NCBI GenBank assembly: GCA_041498715.1
Contig: JBGQIW010000003.1
Span: forward strand, 2,395-66,394
Origin: Gemmatimonadota bacterium
GTDB lineage: Bacteria; Gemmatimonadota; Gemmatimonadetes; Gemmatimonadales; GWC2-71-9
Direction: 5' to 3'
Length of the DNA stretch: 64,000 nucleotides
Part shown: positions 48,699 through 57,695 of the stretch, in pieces
Layout of the letters: each line of letters opens with the position of its first letter
Position numbering within the stretch: the stretch's first letter is position 1
Made by a program: the position numbers and the translations under genes
Notes under the pieces: model-generated
Database searches by the model: none
Told to the model about the DNA's origin: nothing
What the model saw: the letters and a program-made list of their open reading frames with translations, nothing else

Positions 48699-50177
48699 AT
48701 GACATTCCAGCGCAAGCTGCTCCTCGGCTTCTCCCTCATGGCCCTCCCCGCCCTGCTCGTCGGCGCCGAGGCCATCCGCAGCAACGCGCTCGAGCGCCGG
48801 GCGCTCGAGGCCCTGGGCGAAAGCCTCGCCCGCAACCGGACCTATGCCGACGTCGAGAACGCCATGTTCGACCAGACCGTGGCGATCTGGCGGCACCTGA
48901 GCGGGCTCGATCCGGACGCGCGACAGGAGTGGCGGCTGGGCGGGGAAGTGGTGGACTATTGGCTGGACCGGTGGTCGTCGCAGCTGCAGCCGGAGCAGAC
49001 GGACCTGGCCAACGGCGTACGCGAAATCCAGCTGCAGATCCGCGCCGCCGGCGACAGCGTGATCCGGCTCGCGGATCTCGGTCGGCGGGAGGAGGCCTAC
49101 GCGCTCGCCCGCCGCGAGATCAAGCTCAGGCTCCTGCCGGCGCTGGCGCAGGTCAACCGCGAGATCTACCGGAAAACCCGCGAGTCCAGCGTCCAGCGCG
49201 CCTTCGCCCGGGTCGAGGAGATCGTGAACAGCGAGCGGCGACTGCTCGTCGGGATCATCGCGGGCGCGCTCGCGGCCGGCCTTCTCACCTCCTGGCTCAT
49301 CACCCGGAGCGTGGCGCGTCCGATCAACGAGCTGCGCGGCGCGATGGCCGTGGTCGGCGCCGGCGATCTCGACCACCCGATCGCCGCGCGCCGGCACGAC
49401 GAGATCGGCGACCTCGCCCGCGCGTTCGCGGACATGACCGACCGGCTCCGGGTCACCCAGTCGCGACTCGTCCAGTCGGAGAAGCTCGCCTCCATCGGGG
49501 AGATGTCCGCGGCCGTGGCCCACGGGCTCCGCAACCCGCTGGCGAGCCTGCGGGCGGCGGCCCAATTCGCGCTCACGCGCCCCGACTCGCCCGCCGCGCG
49601 CGAGCAGCTGGGCGCGATCATCGAGGAAGTGGACCGGCTCGACCGGCGCATCACCCATCTGCTGAGCTTCTCCCGGCCGGCCCCCTTCCACCCCATGCGG
49701 GAGAGCGTGGCCCAGCTGGTCGAGGGCGTGTTGCCGGCGTTCAGTCAGCTGCTGCAGGAGCGGAAGGTGGAGCTCACGGTGGACGTCCCGCCGGACCTGC
49801 CCGCGGTGCGGGTGGATCCGATGCAGATCGAGCAGACGCTGGTCGAGATCGTGTCCAACGCCCTCGATGCGATGCCCGGTGGCGGCCGCCTCGCGATCAC
49901 AGCCCGACGCGAGCCGCTCGCGCCGGGAGCGGAGGATGCGGTGCTCATCGAGATCACCGACAGCGGTCCGGGCATCCCGGCCGAAGCGCTGCCGCGGGTG
50001 ACTGAGCCGTTCTTCACCACGCGGACGGAGGGCACCGGGCTCGGGCTGGCGATCGTCAAGCGCTATGTGGAGCAGAACGGGGGGCGACTCGAGCTCGACA
50101 GCCGGCCCGGGGCCGGTACGACGGTCCGCGTGCGGATTCCCGCGGCGGTCCCGGACGTTCAGGGGAGGAGCGCATGA
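48699..50177 (+). CDS. Sensor histidine kinase (helical periplasmic domain, HAMP, HisKA, HATPase)
   Basis: DEIGDLA, AHGLRNPL, DSGPGI and GTGLGL motifs. Confidence 0.93.
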   Translation: MTFQRKLLLGFSLMALPALLVGAEAIRSNALERRALEALGESLARNRTYADVENAMFDQTVAIWRHLSGLDPDARQEWRLGGEVVDYWLDRWSSQLQPEQTDLANGVREIQLQIRAAGDSVIRLADLGRREEAYALARREIKLRLLPALAQVNREIYRKTRESSVQRAFARVEEIVNSERRLLVGIIAGALAAGLLTSWLITRSVARPINELRGAMAVVGAGDLDHPIAARRHDEIGDLARAFADMTDRLRVTQSRLVQSEKLASIGEMSAAVAHGLRNPLASLRAAAQFALTRPDSPAAREQLGAIIEEVDRLDRRITHLLSFSRPAPFHPMRESVAQLVEGVLPAFSQLLQERKVELTVDVPPDLPAVRVDPMQIEQTLVEIVSNALDAMPGGGRLAITARREPLAPGAEDAVLIEITDSGPGIPAEALPRVTEPFFTTRTEGTGLGLAIVKRYVEQNGGRLELDSRPGAGTTVRVRIPAAVPDVQGRSA

Positions 50178-51586
50178 CGGGGCCGACGGTCCTCATCGTG
50201 GACGACGAGCGCACGCTCGCCCGAGCCGTTAAGGCGTTCCTCGCCGAGTCGGGCTACGAGGCCGAGGTGGCGGGCGACGCCGAGACGGCGCTCGCGCTGG
50301 TGGAGCGGCTGCGGCCCGACGTCGTGTTCACCGACGTCCGCCTGCCGGGGATGAGCGGCATCGACCTGCTGCGCCGCATCCGCGAGTTCGATGCGGCCAT
50401 CCCGGTCATCATCATGACCGCCCACGGAACGATCGAGGGCGCGGTGGAGGCCGTGAAGCTCGGGGCCTTCGATTATCTCAAGAAGCCCGTGGACCTCGAG
50501 GAGCTGAAGCTTCTGGCCGACCGGGCCCGGGAGCAGTCCCGCCGCGAGGGAGAGCTGTCTTACTACCGCCGCCAGGCCGCCCGGGAGGAAGGATTCGGCG
50601 GCGTCGTGGGCGACTCCCCGGCGATACGGGCGGTGCTCGACCGCGCGCGCCAGATCGCGGCGCTGGTGGAAACGCCGCCGGTGCTGATCACCGGCGAGAC
50701 CGGCACCGGCAAAGGACTCGTCGCCCGGACGATCCATGCCTCGGGTCCCCGCTCGGGCCAGCCGTTCATCGACGTCAACTGCACCGCCTTGCCCGGCAGT
50801 CTCATGGAGGCCGAGCTCTTCGGCTACGAGCGCGGTGCCTTCACCGACGCCAAGGAATCGAAGCTCGGCTTGTTCGAGGCCGCGGACGGCGGGTTCATCT
50901 TCCTCGACGAGGTGGGCGACATCGAGCTGTCGCTCCAGGGCAAGCTGCTCCGGGCCATCGAGGAGCGCACGGTGCGTCGGGTGGGCGGGATCCGCGACCG
51001 CACGATCAACGTGCGGATCCTCGCGGCCACGAACCGGGATCTCGAGCGCGAGTCGCAGCGGGAGCGGTTCCGGAAGGATCTCTACTTCCGGCTCGCGGTG
51101 ATCCTGCTGCGCCTCCCGCCGTTGCGCGAGCGGGGTGACGACGTGCTCCGGCTGGCGGAGCACTACCTCCGCCAGTTCAGCGCCAAGTACGGACGCGACG
51201 TCCGCCGGATCGATGCGCTCGCGCGGGAGCGCCTGTTGCGCTACCCCTGGCCGGGGAACGTGCGCGAGCTGAGCCACGTGATCGAGCGCGCGGTGCTCTG
51301 GAGTCAGGGGCCGGTCCTCGAGGTCGAGCACCTGTCGCTCACCACCACGCACGACGAGCAGTCGGCGGGGGCGGCCGGCGGCGATAGCGAGCCGGACGCG
51401 ACGGCGGGGGCCGAGCCGGCCACCGCGTTTCCCCCGCCCGGCGTGGACCTCGCCCAGTGGGAGAGATCGATGATCGAACAGGCACTCCGGGAGGCGGGCG
51501 GCAACCAGACCCGCGCGGCCCAGCGGCTCGGCATATCCCGAGACACGCTCCGGTATCGCATCAAGAAGTTCGGGATTCAGGGGTGA
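50174..51586 (+). CDS. Sigma-54-dependent response regulator (NtrC/AtoC family)
   Basis: REC domain, GETGTGK, GAFTDA, WPGNVREL, Fis-type HTH. Confidence 0.94.
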   Translation: MTGPTVLIVDDERTLARAVKAFLAESGYEAEVAGDAETALALVERLRPDVVFTDVRLPGMSGIDLLRRIREFDAAIPVIIMTAHGTIEGAVEAVKLGAFDYLKKPVDLEELKLLADRAREQSRREGELSYYRRQAAREEGFGGVVGDSPAIRAVLDRARQIAALVETPPVLITGETGTGKGLVARTIHASGPRSGQPFIDVNCTALPGSLMEAELFGYERGAFTDAKESKLGLFEAADGGFIFLDEVGDIELSLQGKLLRAIEERTVRRVGGIRDRTINVRILAATNRDLERESQRERFRKDLYFRLAVILLRLPPLRERGDDVLRLAEHYLRQFSAKYGRDVRRIDALARERLLRYPWPGNVRELSHVIERAVLWSQGPVLEVEHLSLTTTHDEQSAGAAGGDSEPDATAGAEPATAFPPPGVDLAQWERSMIEQALREAGGNQTRAAQRLGISRDTLRYRIKKFGIQG

Positions 51587-51587
51587 G

Positions 51588-51623
51588 GTGGGTGATTTCA
51601 CCCACTTCGGATCATATCCCCCA
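51588..51623. promoter_or_regulatory. Candidate bEBP enhancer sites (UAS)
   Basis: Palindrome GTGGGTGA-TT-TCACCCAC plus imperfect second copy CGGATCATATCCCCCA. Confidence 0.5.
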
Positions 51624-51724
51624 ATCCGATCGTCTCGCCTGGCGCTGGGTCTCGGCTCGCAGCGCTACATCTAAAAGCTTTGACAACAAGTCTTTATGAC
51701 GCCGTGTCCAAGCCGATGCCGATT

Positions 51725-51739
51725 GGGCACGCCATCTGC
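51725..51739 (+). promoter_or_regulatory. Sigma-54 -24/-12 promoter of the pqq operon
   Basis: GGGCAC-GCCAT-CTGC (GG-N10-GC). Confidence 0.6.
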
Positions 51740-51844
51740 CTATAGCAGGGCGTCGTCGGGTTGAAGCAGGGCCCGACTGGGTGAAGGCACCCAACCCGTT
51801 CGGGCCGCTTTGGCCCCAGTCACCATCATCAATCGGAGGTTCAG

Positions 51845-51919
51845 ATGCGTTGGACCAAGCCCGAAGCCGAAGTCATCGCCGTCACGATGGAAGTCACCGC
51901 GTACGTCGCGACCCTCTAA
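51845..51919 (+). CDS. pqqA: PQQ precursor peptide (24 aa, not in ORF track)
   Basis: MRWTKPEAEVIAVTMEVTAYVATL: W.KP and ExxxY motifs; GGAGG RBS. Confidence 0.95.
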   Translation: MRWTKPEAEVIAVTMEVTAYVATL

Positions 51920-51940
51920 GACTGCGGCACTAGGACCACG

Positions 51941-51972
51941 GGGGCTCGCGCAAGCGAGCCCCTTAGTTTTTC
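51941..51972 (+). terminator. Intrinsic terminator-like hairpin between pqqA and pqqB
   Basis: GGGGCTCGC-GCAA-GCGAGCCCC followed by TTAGTTTTT. Confidence 0.75.
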
Positions 51973-51993
51973 AAGCCCCGTCGTCCTGATCCG

Positions 51994-52905
51994 ATGCAGA
52001 TCATCCTCCTTGGCACGGCCGCCGGCGGTGGCTTCCCCCAATGGAACTGCTGGTGTCCGAGCTGCCGGGTGGCGCGGCACGAGCCCCGGCGCGCGCGCGC
52101 GCGAACCCAGTCCTCGGCCGCGGTGAGCGTCGACGGGCGTCGGTGGTTCCTGCTGAACGCGTCCCCGGACGTTCGCGAGCAGCTCGGCCGCCTGCCGGTC
52201 GAGCCGCCCGACGGCCCTCGGTACGTGCCCGTCGCCGGGGTCGTGACCACGGACGCGGAGCTCGACCATACTCTCGGGATCCTGCTGCTGCGCGAGGGTC
52301 GCCGGCTCCGGCTCTATATGACCTGCGCCGTGCGCCAGGTGCTCGAGCGCGATTCCAGCATCCTGCCGGTGACCCGCGCGTTCGCCGACGTGGAGGTGGT
52401 CGAGCTGCCGACGCAGGGTGGCCCGGTGCCGCTGGCCTATCCGGACGGGACCGCGAGCGGGCTGTCGGTGGAGACCTTCCCGGTGCCGGCCGGGCCGCCG
52501 AGATTCGCGAGCGAAGAGCTGCCGGGGCACACCGTCGGCCTGGTGCTGCACGACGGCGCCACCGGCGGCTCCTGCGCGTTCGTCCCCGGGTGCGGGGATC
52601 TCGATGCGAACCTGCTCGCCCGCCTCGGCGACGTGAGCCTGCTCCTGTTCGACGGGACCTTCTGGACCGACGACGAGTTGATCCGCCTCGGCATCGGCGA
52701 CCGAACGGCGCGCCACATGGATCACCTGCCGGTCTCGGGGCCGGGCGGCAGTCTCGCGCAACTGCGCGAATTGCGCACTCCGCATCGGGTGTACACGCAC
52801 ATCAACAACACCAACCCGATGCTGATCGAGGACTCGCCGGAGCGGGCGGAGGTGGAACGGGCAGGGCTGGTGGTCGGAATGGATGGGATGCGATTTGAGG
52901 TTTGA
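51994..52905 (+). CDS. pqqB: PQQ biosynthesis protein B
   Basis: LGTAAGGGFPQWNC.C..C, RTQSS, LNASPD and HINNTNP motifs. Confidence 0.96.
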   Translation: MQIILLGTAAGGGFPQWNCWCPSCRVARHEPRRARARTQSSAAVSVDGRRWFLLNASPDVREQLGRLPVEPPDGPRYVPVAGVVTTDAELDHTLGILLLREGRRLRLYMTCAVRQVLERDSSILPVTRAFADVEVVELPTQGGPVPLAYPDGTASGLSVETFPVPAGPPRFASEELPGHTVGLVLHDGATGGSCAFVPGCGDLDANLLARLGDVSLLLFDGTFWTDDELIRLGIGDRTARHMDHLPVSGPGGSLAQLRELRTPHRVYTHINNTNPMLIEDSPERAEVERAGLVVGMDGMRFEV

Positions 52906-52955
52906 ACGGCTTGAACCATCGGTGGCGACGCAGTGAAGAACGCTATGGAGTATCG

Positions 52956-53708
52956 ATGACGATAGTGACGTTGCAGGCTTCCCAACTCGCGACCCCGCCC
53001 AAGCCGCCGTTCCCAAGGCTGGAGCGGGCGCTCACGCCGGATGAGCTGGAGCACGCGCTCCGGAGCTTCCAGGGCTCCTACTACGTGGAGCATCCGTTCC
53101 ACAAGCTCATGTACGCGGGCAACCTGACCCAGCGGCAGTTCCAGGGCTGGGTCTCCAACCGTCTGGCCTACCAACGGGTCGTACCGCGCAAAGACGCCGC
53201 CATCCTGTCCAACTGCCCCGACCCGGATGTCCGACGCGAGTGGATCCAGCGCATCATCGACCACGACGGGACGGCACCCGGCACCGGGGGGATCGAGCTC
53301 TGGATCCGCTTGGGGATCGCGCTGGGGGTTCCGCGCGAGGAGATGGAGGACGAGCGCCACGTGCTGCCGGCGGTCCGGCTCATCTGCGAGTCGTACGTCA
53401 CCTTCTGCCGCACGAAGCCGTGGGTTCAGGCCTGCGCGTCCTCGCTGACCGAGCTGTTCGCGCCCAAGATCCATCAGCAGCGGATCGAGGCGTTCCCGAA
53501 GTACTACCCCTGGATTCCGCCCGAGGGACTCGACTACTTCAAGAGCCGGCTGGTGCAGGCGCCGCGGGACGTGACCCACGGCCTGGCGATCGTGAAGCGC
53601 CATTGCACCACCGCGGACACCCAGCGCGAGGCCTTCGAGGCGCTCGCGTTCAAGCTCGACATGCTGTGGGCCATGATCGACACGATCCATCATGCCTACC
53701 TCGACTAG
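52956..53708 (+). CDS. pqqC: Pyrroloquinoline-quinone synthase
   Basis: HPFH, KDAAILSNC, RIIDHDG and SSLTELFAP motifs; start set by GGAG RBS. Confidence 0.95.
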   Translation: MTIVTLQASQLATPPKPPFPRLERALTPDELEHALRSFQGSYYVEHPFHKLMYAGNLTQRQFQGWVSNRLAYQRVVPRKDAAILSNCPDPDVRREWIQRIIDHDGTAPGTGGIELWIRLGIALGVPREEMEDERHVLPAVRLICESYVTFCRTKPWVQACASSLTELFAPKIHQQRIEAFPKYYPWIPPEGLDYFKSRLVQAPRDVTHGLAIVKRHCTTADTQREAFEALAFKLDMLWAMIDTIHHAYLD

Positions 53709-53715
53709 GCCAGTC

Positions 53716-53979
53716 ATGGCCCTGACCCTTGATTTCGTTCCGCACCTCTGGCGGCTGGCCCGGCTCGACTACGACCCCGTCCGCCAGCGGCGTATCCTGC
53801 AATACCCCGAGGGCGCGGTGCTGCTGAACGAGACGGGCGCGGCCGTGCTGGAGCTGGTGGACGGCAAGCGGACCGTGCGCGAGATCGCCCAGGTGCTGGG
53901 CGAGCGTTACCACACCGACGTGACCGCCGACGTGACCGAATACCTGTCCGGACTGGCGGAGAGAGAGCTGATTCAATGA
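53716..53979 (+). CDS. pqqD: PqqA-binding chaperone
   Basis: YPEG...LN..G..VL.LVDG motif; between pqqC and pqqE. Confidence 0.92.
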   Translation: MALTLDFVPHLWRLARLDYDPVRQRRILQYPEGAVLLNETGAAVLELVDGKRTVREIAQVLGERYHTDVTADVTEYLSGLAERELIQ

Positions 53980-55067
53980 CGTCCGATCGTCCCACGACAC
54001 TGCTGGCCGAGCTGACCCATCGCTGTCCGCTCCACTGTCCCTACTGCTCCAACCCGCTCGAGCTGATCCGGGGCGAGGCCGAGCTTGCGACCGACGACTG
54101 GAAACGGGTCTTCACTCAGGCCCGCGAGCTCGGCGTGCTGCAGCTGGGCCTCTCCGGCGGCGAGCCCCTGGTTCGCAAGGACCTCGAGGAGCTCGCCGCG
54201 CATGCGCGGAGCATCGGGCTCTACAGCACCCTCGTGACCTCCGGACTCGGCCTCACCCGGACGCGCGCCGAGGCGTTGCGCAACGCGGGGCTCGAGCACA
54301 TCCAGGTCTCCATCCAGGACTCGGATACCGAGTCGGCCGAGCGGATCGCGGGCGTGAGCTCGGTGAAGCAGAAGCGGGCGGCGATCGCACTGGTGAAGGA
54401 GTTGGGGTTCGCCTTCTCGATCAACGTCGTGCTCCACCGCGCCAACCTCGACCGGATCGGCGAGCTGATCGACCTGGCGGGGGGCCTGGGCGCCGACCGG
54501 CTGGAACTGGCCAACACTCAGTATTACGGCTGGGGGCTCAAGAATCGCGCAGCCCTGATGCCCACGCGGGAACAGGTGCTCAAGGCTAGAGCGATCGCCG
54601 AAGCGGCCATCGAGCGCTATCGCAAGAAGATGCAGATCATCTTCGTGCTCCCGGACTACCATGAGCAGTACCCCAAGGCCTGCTATGGCGGGTGGGGGAA
54701 GCTGTACATCGTGGTCACCCCCAACGGCCAGGCCCTGCCCTGCCACGCGGCGAGCAGCATCACCTCGCTCTCCTTCCCCACCGTCCGGGAGCACTCGCTC
54801 GAGTGGATCTGGCGGGAGTCGTCCGGGTTCCAGGCGTTCCGCGGCGACACGTGGATGAAGGAGCCCTGCCGCACGTGCCCCCGGAAAGCGGTGGACTTCG
54901 GCGGCTGCCGCTGCCAGGCCTTCGCGCTCACCGGCGATGCGGCCAATCCCGACCCGGTCTGCACGCTGACGCCGTTCCGCCGCATCATCGACGAGGCGCT
55001 GGCCGAGCCGGCGGGCGCGATCGAGTACGAGTACCGCGAGCTCACCGGAGAGCCCCAGCGCGCGTGA
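53976..55067 (+). CDS. pqqE: PqqA peptide cyclase, radical SAM/SPASM
   Basis: CPLHCPYCSNP, QYYGW, PKACYGGWG and DFGGCRCQA motifs. Confidence 0.96.
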   Translation: MTSDRPTTLLAELTHRCPLHCPYCSNPLELIRGEAELATDDWKRVFTQARELGVLQLGLSGGEPLVRKDLEELAAHARSIGLYSTLVTSGLGLTRTRAEALRNAGLEHIQVSIQDSDTESAERIAGVSSVKQKRAAIALVKELGFAFSINVVLHRANLDRIGELIDLAGGLGADRLELANTQYYGWGLKNRAALMPTREQVLKARAIAEAAIERYRKKMQIIFVLPDYHEQYPKACYGGWGKLYIVVTPNGQALPCHAASSITSLSFPTVREHSLEWIWRESSGFQAFRGDTWMKEPCRTCPRKAVDFGGCRCQAFALTGDAANPDPVCTLTPFRRIIDEALAEPAGAIEYEYRELTGEPQRA

Positions 55068-56014
55068 GCCGCGCCGGCGGCGACATCGGCGGCACCACTG
55101 CCCTCGCGATCCAGGCCGAGGGACTCGGCCGGGACTACGGCAGCACTCGGGCGCTGGAGGCGCTCGATCTCCGGGTCCCGGCCGGGTCGCTCGTGGGGCT
55201 CGTGGGCCCGAACGGCGCCGGCAAGACCACCGCGATGCTGCTGCTCGCCACCCTGCTGGCGCCCAGCCGCGGAGGCGCCCGGATCTTCGGCCACGACGTG
55301 ACCCGCGAGCGGGTCGCGGTTCGCCGCCGGCTCGGCCTGGTCTTCCAGGAGCCAAGCGTGGATGGGCTGCTCACGGTGGAGGAGAACCTGCTTTTCGCCG
55401 CGCGCCTCGCCGGAATGGCCGGGGCGGCAGCACGGACCGCCCTTCGCGAAACGATCGCGCGGACCGGACTCGCGGCCCGGGCGGGGCAGCCGGCGCGTCA
55501 GCTCTCCGGCGGATGGCGCCGTCTGGCCGACATCGCCCGGGCGACGCTGCACCGGCCCGCCCTGCTCATCCTCGACGAGCCGACCGTGGGGCTGGACCCC
55601 GAGCATCGCGACCGGATGTGGAGTCTGCTCGACGCCGAGCGGCGGGACCGCGGGGCCACCATTCTGTTCTCCACCCACTATCTCTCCGAAGCGGAACCCG
55701 CCGACCGGGTGGTCATGCTCGCCCGCGGCGCGGTGGTGGCCGACGCACCCCCCGCCGCGCTGCGCGCGGGAGTCGGTGAGCAGGTGGCCGAGATCGACGG
55801 GCCTGGCGCCGAGGCGCTCGTGGCGCAGCTGCGGGCCGCCGGGCTCGTGGTGATGGCCCACCGGGCCGAGCGCGGCTGGCGGGTGGGGCTCGCTGCGCGT
55901 GCGCGTGTGGCCGAGCTGGCCGGGGCGGCATCCGGGATCACGCGGCTGGTGCTCCGGCCGCCTACCCTCGAGGACGTGTACTTCGCTCGCACCCAGGTGC
56001 CGGTGGAGACATGA
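55064..56014 (+). CDS. ABC ATP-binding protein of the PQQ-associated type
   Basis: GPNGAGKT and LHRPALLILDEPTVGLD motifs; GTGA overlap with pqqE. Confidence 0.85.
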   Translation: MSRAGGDIGGTTALAIQAEGLGRDYGSTRALEALDLRVPAGSLVGLVGPNGAGKTTAMLLLATLLAPSRGGARIFGHDVTRERVAVRRRLGLVFQEPSVDGLLTVEENLLFAARLAGMAGAAARTALRETIARTGLAARAGQPARQLSGGWRRLADIARATLHRPALLILDEPTVGLDPEHRDRMWSLLDAERRDRGATILFSTHYLSEAEPADRVVMLARGAVVADAPPAALRAGVGEQVAEIDGPGAEALVAQLRAAGLVVMAHRAERGWRVGLAARARVAELAGAASGITRLVLRPPTLEDVYFARTQVPVET

Positions 56015-56808
56015 GCGCGGCGGCCACGGTCGGGGGAATCGTCGTCCGCGACCTGATTCGGACGACCCGGCAGCGAAGCCGCCTGGTGGCTGGCCTGGCC
56101 CGGCCGTTCATCTGGGTGTTTCTGGTCGGTGCGGGCTTCAACGCGATCGCCCGGCTCGAGGGCGGACTCAGTTACCAGGCGTTCGCCTACCCCGGCGGGA
56201 TCGTGATGGCCGCTCTGTTCGGCGGGATGCTCACGGCCATCTCGACCGTCTACGACCGCGAGTTCGGGATGCTCCGGCTCATGCTCGCGAGCCCGTCGGG
56301 CGTAGCCGTCGTGCTCGCGGGCCGGACGCTCTCGGCCACGATCATCGGGGGGGTGCAGGGCGGGATCGTGCTGGCGTGCGCGTGGCTCGCCGTGCATCTG
56401 ACCCTCGCCCAGTACGCCGCGACCGCCGTGGCCCTGCTGCTGGCCTCGCTCACGAGCGCCACGCTCGGGCTCCTGGTGGCTGCCCGGCTGACCTCGGTCG
56501 AGAATTTCGGCGGCGTGATCAACATCGTGCTGTTCCCACTGCTCTTCGTGAGCGGCGCGCTCTACCCCACCGCCGGCATGCCGGCGCCGCTCCGGGCCCT
56601 GGCCCGGGTCAATCCGGTGACGTACATGGTGGACCTGATCCGGCACACGTTCGGTCAGCGGGGGGAATTCCCACTCGGACGCGATGTCGCGGCGTTGGTG
56701 ATCGCGGCGGTGGTGGCGTTCGGGCTGACGGCCCTGTTGTTCGATCCGGAGCAGCGGTTTGTGGGGAAGCCATCAGCCGTCAGCCGCCAGCCAACGGCTA
56801 ATAGCTGA
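56011..56808 (+). CDS. ABC-2 permease of the PQQ-associated type
   Basis: VYDRE.G..R..L.SP and ENF..V.N...FP..F.S.ALYP motifs. Confidence 0.85.
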   Translation: MSAAATVGGIVVRDLIRTTRQRSRLVAGLARPFIWVFLVGAGFNAIARLEGGLSYQAFAYPGGIVMAALFGGMLTAISTVYDREFGMLRLMLASPSGVAVVLAGRTLSATIIGGVQGGIVLACAWLAVHLTLAQYAATAVALLLASLTSATLGLLVAARLTSVENFGGVINIVLFPLLFVSGALYPTAGMPAPLRALARVNPVTYMVDLIRHTFGQRGEFPLGRDVAALVIAAVVAFGLTALLFDPEQRFVGKPSAVSRQPTANS

Positions 56809-56813
56809 CGGCT
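56768..56813. repeat. Inverted heptamer tandem arrays at a convergent gene junction
   Basis: AGCCATC AGCCGTC AGCCGCC AGCC then AACGGCT AATAGCT GACGGCT. Confidence 0.7.
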
Positions 56814-57678
56814 AGCATCCTCTCTCCAATCGCTCTAGTAGCACCCGCTGCTCGATCCTTGCCTGTACCGGCCTCCCGACCCGCGCCTCCGCGGGCACGT
56901 ACGTCTCCACATCGACGCGACGCTCCCGGTGCAGCAATCCCTGCCGCTCGCCCCAGGCGAACTCCCCATCCTCCCGGATGGATTGGCGCAGCTTGAGCGG
57001 CAGACTGTCACCGCGGAGCGCCGCTTCTGCGACGTCGAGCCTCAACGTCAGGCGGAAGCGGTAGATGGGCTCGGCGGCGCTGCTGTCGGCTAGACGCCGG
57101 ATCTCGAGGCCGGCGCCGTCGGACCAGGTCTCGCCCACCGCGGGGAGGCGCGGCGGCAGCCGCGGGAGGAGGTCGTCGAGCGCGCGGGCGAGATCGGCGA
57201 CCTCCAGCAGCGGATCCGGCACGAACGGCGTCGTCTCGCCCCGGTAGCGGCCGTCCGGGCTCAGGAGCCCGCGGTAGCGCCCCCCGATGATCCCGTCGGT
57301 GTCGGGCTCCAGGCTGTCCTGCTCCGCCCGTCGCCAGAGCGCCAGGGTGTCCAGCCAACCCTCCAGGTGCACGCTGTCGCCGGAGGCCAGAGCCGCCCGG
57401 AAGCGCCACTCACCGTCGAGGCCCACCGTCTCCCGGCGGGTGTGGCCGGCGACGTAGGTGGTCACCTCGCTTCGGCTGCTTTCGCGGAACCGAGCACAGT
57501 CGAGCTGCGCCGCCGCGTATCGGAGGGGTTGCCCGTCCCTCCCGGAATGCGGCCGCGCTAAGCCCGGGCCGAGCCCGATGGCCACGCTCAGCGTTACGAT
57601 CGCCGGTGCCCGTCTCCCCAGGCCGCCCCGCCGCGATAACTTTGCAGCCGTCACCGTCGCACTCCCGATCCCTGGCAC
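56812..57678 (-). CDS. Hypothetical protein, probably exported; start uncertain
   Basis: Fills the gap between flanking genes; protein-like composition after residue ~50. Confidence 0.6.
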   Translation of the reverse strand: MPGIGSATVTAAKLSRRGGLGRRAPAIVTLSVAIGLGPGLARPHSGRDGQPLRYAAAQLDCARFRESSRSEVTTYVAGHTRRETVGLDGEWRFRAALASGDSVHLEGWLDTLALWRRAEQDSLEPDTDGIIGGRYRGLLSPDGRYRGETTPFVPDPLLEVADLARALDDLLPRLPPRLPAVGETWSDGAGLEIRRLADSSAAEPIYRFRLTLRLDVAEAALRGDSLPLKLRQSIREDGEFAWGERQGLLHRERRVDVETYVPAEARVGRPVQARIEQRVLLERLERGC

Positions 57679-57695
57679 CCGTTCCCGGAGAACTT

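Noticed and set aside
57655..57695. Possible third heptamer array (CCGATCC CTGGCAC CCGTTCC)
   Set aside because: Too degenerate to distinguish from background.
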